Assembly (NCBI GenBank): GCA_043228905.1
Contig: JBHGNT010000005.1
Location: 682,001-746,000 of the forward strand
Direction of reading: 5' to 3'
Source of the DNA: Azolla caroliniana
Lineage: Eukaryota; Plantae; Polypodiophyta
Length of the DNA: 64,000 nt
Both the position numbers and the translations under genes were made by a program. The notes beneath the pieces were generated by a model, which saw only the letters and a program-made list of their open reading frames with translations, was not told the origin of the DNA and ran no database searches. This document shows positions 61,779 through 64,000 of this stretch, in pieces (within the stretch, counting starts at the first letter, position 1; every line of letters begins with the position of its first letter).

Positions 61779-62232
61779 GTTGATCAAGAATGGAGAGGTC
61801 TTTGAAGCAAAGGAAGCACCTGCAATGGGGGGAGAGAATGACCTTTATCTGTCGATGACAGGGATGAAGGTATTTTGGTCCACGAGGACAATGCTTACGT
61901 GCACGACAAATTGCTCAGGAGCCAATTTATGTTGTGTGTAAAAGTTGCGTTAAAGTGGACGACTTCCTACCAAGAAATGTGGGGCTGATCCATGTTATTT
62001 TGTTTTCTAAGCTGATAATATCAGTTCGGATCACTCTATTCGTTTTGATGGGAACAATCTAAGCTATATTAGAAGAAAGAAAGAAAGAAAGAAAGAAAGC
62101 ATCCAGTGGCGCCACTGGGTCTAGATGGTAGATTTGCTTGGTGAATGTGTTGACTATTAAGTTTCAGGTAGATAGTATATTCACATGCATGGAGTGGATG
62201 ATAGTAAGAGAGGAGATTATTGAGAGGAGATT

Positions 62233-62310
<78 letters not shown>

Positions 62311-63349
62311 GTATTTTTGACAGTGAGTTGGGGGAATCTATCCCTGAGGATTACGAGGGAGGAATTCCCCGTGGTGCAGATGTTACCAGTGAATCTCTTG
62401 ATGCAGTTGGTCATGTCAATGGCACATAAATGCCTTCCCATTGATTTATATACTATTAACATATGCAGCTTCTTGCTGCATTTTCATTATTGCCTCTTCA
62501 CAACATCAAAAATAAATTTATTCACAATGCATAATTAAATTGTTGCAAAGTTCACATCACTTGTTTTTTAACACTTGGGGCCATGTGCTCTAATGCTCTT
62601 TCTAAGATCCCTCAACTTGGATATTGACAGATCTTCTGCACGATGTGTTTATTGGGATCTTGGAATTTAGATTGATTCATCTCTTACTAACTCAAAGTCT
62701 GATTATCATTGGCACTTATCACTCGTAATAGAATCCAATTAAATGTTTCCTCTAGTAATGCTTCTATTCTATTATCATATGAAAATGACGTTGGAACATA
62801 ATTTCATTACTACATTGTGTAGTAGATTGATCTTGTTACATTTATTGAATTCTCCCATGCAACGAGGGGGATGTGTGTATATGATGGTGGATCTATTGTG
62901 TACTTCTATGAATGCTAGGTAAAGCATTTTAGTCGGATAAATGAGAAGAGAAGCCATAAATTATAATACGGCAACATTGCATGCTTAAGAGTCATGGGTA
63001 GAATTCTTTGGGAGATGGTTCATATGTGGCAGCTGAAGTTCCTAACTTATTTATGCATAGCTATGTATGCTTCAACCTGAAGATTCGAAACCCTCTCTAG
63101 ACTAGTCCATAACTCAAATGTAAATGTCCAAGTTCCTTCGTGGACTGATCCGTAGCTTGATCTAAAGGTCTAAAACCCTCTTTGAAAAAGCAATGAAAGT
63201 GACCTCACATCTGTTAGTAGGTAAACCTTCCGTTTATAGGCCGCATTACTGTTGACCTTGAATCTCTTCATAGCTATGACCTTGTAGAAGTGTCTGTATG
63301 TTTGTCTAAACTATCCATGAATTCACAACACCCGTGTATAAACATGTTA

Positions 63350-63655
63350 TAACACAATCACTGACCTGCCTTCAATTTCCACTCTGCGTTTTGATTAGGT
63401 TTAAAGAATGGGATGACAATTGGACATTAAATTATTTGCAATTCTCTTATTGACTGATACTAACTAATACAATAAACCTCAAGTTCGCCATCAAGAACAC
63501 AATTATTTGCTGACCTGTCTTCAATTCTCACTTGCGTCTTGATTGGATTGAAAGAATGGGATGGCAGTTAACAAGAACAGAATTATTTGCTGACCTGCCT
63601 TCAATTCTCAATTGCATTTTGATTGGATTGAAAGAAAGGGATGACACTTGAACAT
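63350..63655. repeat. Degenerate tandem repeat, about 78-bp unit, 3-4 copies
   Basis: Recurring CTGACCTG(C/T)CTTCAATT...GATTGGATTGAAAGAATGGGATG at ~63361, ~63510 and ~63589. Confidence 0.8.
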
Positions 63656-64000
63656 CAAAGTGTTTGCAATTCTGATTGACTTATGGTGACACAATAATTA
63701 GGTGTCTCAAGCAGATCAATGCAAAAATGAATGAGATTAATATGTGGCCATACGGATTGTGAGGTGAGGTGAATACATGCGCGAATCTGCAAAAAGGAAG
63801 CAGAAAAGGTCAAATGGGAATTTGCTGAACTGTTCAGGTGTTGGACGATCCGATTGCTGTTGGAAAGAGACGGTGAACGATCTGCAGAGAGAAAAGAGGG
63901 GAAAAACTGGCTCTGCTTGGACGGAGGGAGGGGGGTGGATATGGAGCTCCATTTCCCCCCTTTCTGCTTCTTCATTCGGAGTTGGATTGAAGACGGGGGT

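Noticed and set aside
62103-62118. 16-bp palindrome CCAGTGGCGCCACTGG
   Set aside because: Isolated, with no second copy or supporting context.
62310-63300. Possible decayed LINE endonuclease region on the minus strand (MGEFN resembling GDFN) next to (AG)n
   Set aside because: One weak motif is not enough to call it.
63655-64000. 106-aa Ser/Pro-rich minus-strand ORF at the window edge
   Set aside because: Could be the 5' part or first intron of a neighbouring gene, but no family motif or downstream exons could be linked.

Overview
AT-rich, intron-rich eukaryotic nuclear DNA from a land plant, most likely a seed-free plant with flagellated sperm such as a fern (inference from two axonemal genes plus PLS-type PPR relics). 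The first ~12 kb is a transposon mosaic: a Copia-type LTR, an internally deleted Gypsy element, an RTE/RTEX-like LINE interrupted by a deleted Copia element with a perfect CTTCC TSD, and hAT MITEs. I could then reconstruct seven protein genes by hand (six spliced, one with a single-exon CDS): a CAX cation/H+ exchanger (+), an RIIa-domain radial-spoke RSP11/ROPN1L-like gene (+), an A20/AN1 stress-associated protein (-), a plastid adenylate kinase (-), a Tctex1-domain dynein light chain (-), the TFIIA large subunit (-) and a phosphoglycerate-mutase-like histidine phosphatase (+). There is also a tRNA-Arg(CCG) and a PPR pseudogene. Three unexplained structures stand out: (i) an apparent tandem duplication of the CAX-RSP11 block collapsed to its two ends, (ii) six LINE-derived 3' ends that share a small hairpin with compensatory changes and sit in microsatellites, and (iii) a candidate -1 frameshift cassette in the Gypsy element. 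I see no convincing evidence of a wholly new biological system. Exon boundaries and similarities were read by eye without database searches.
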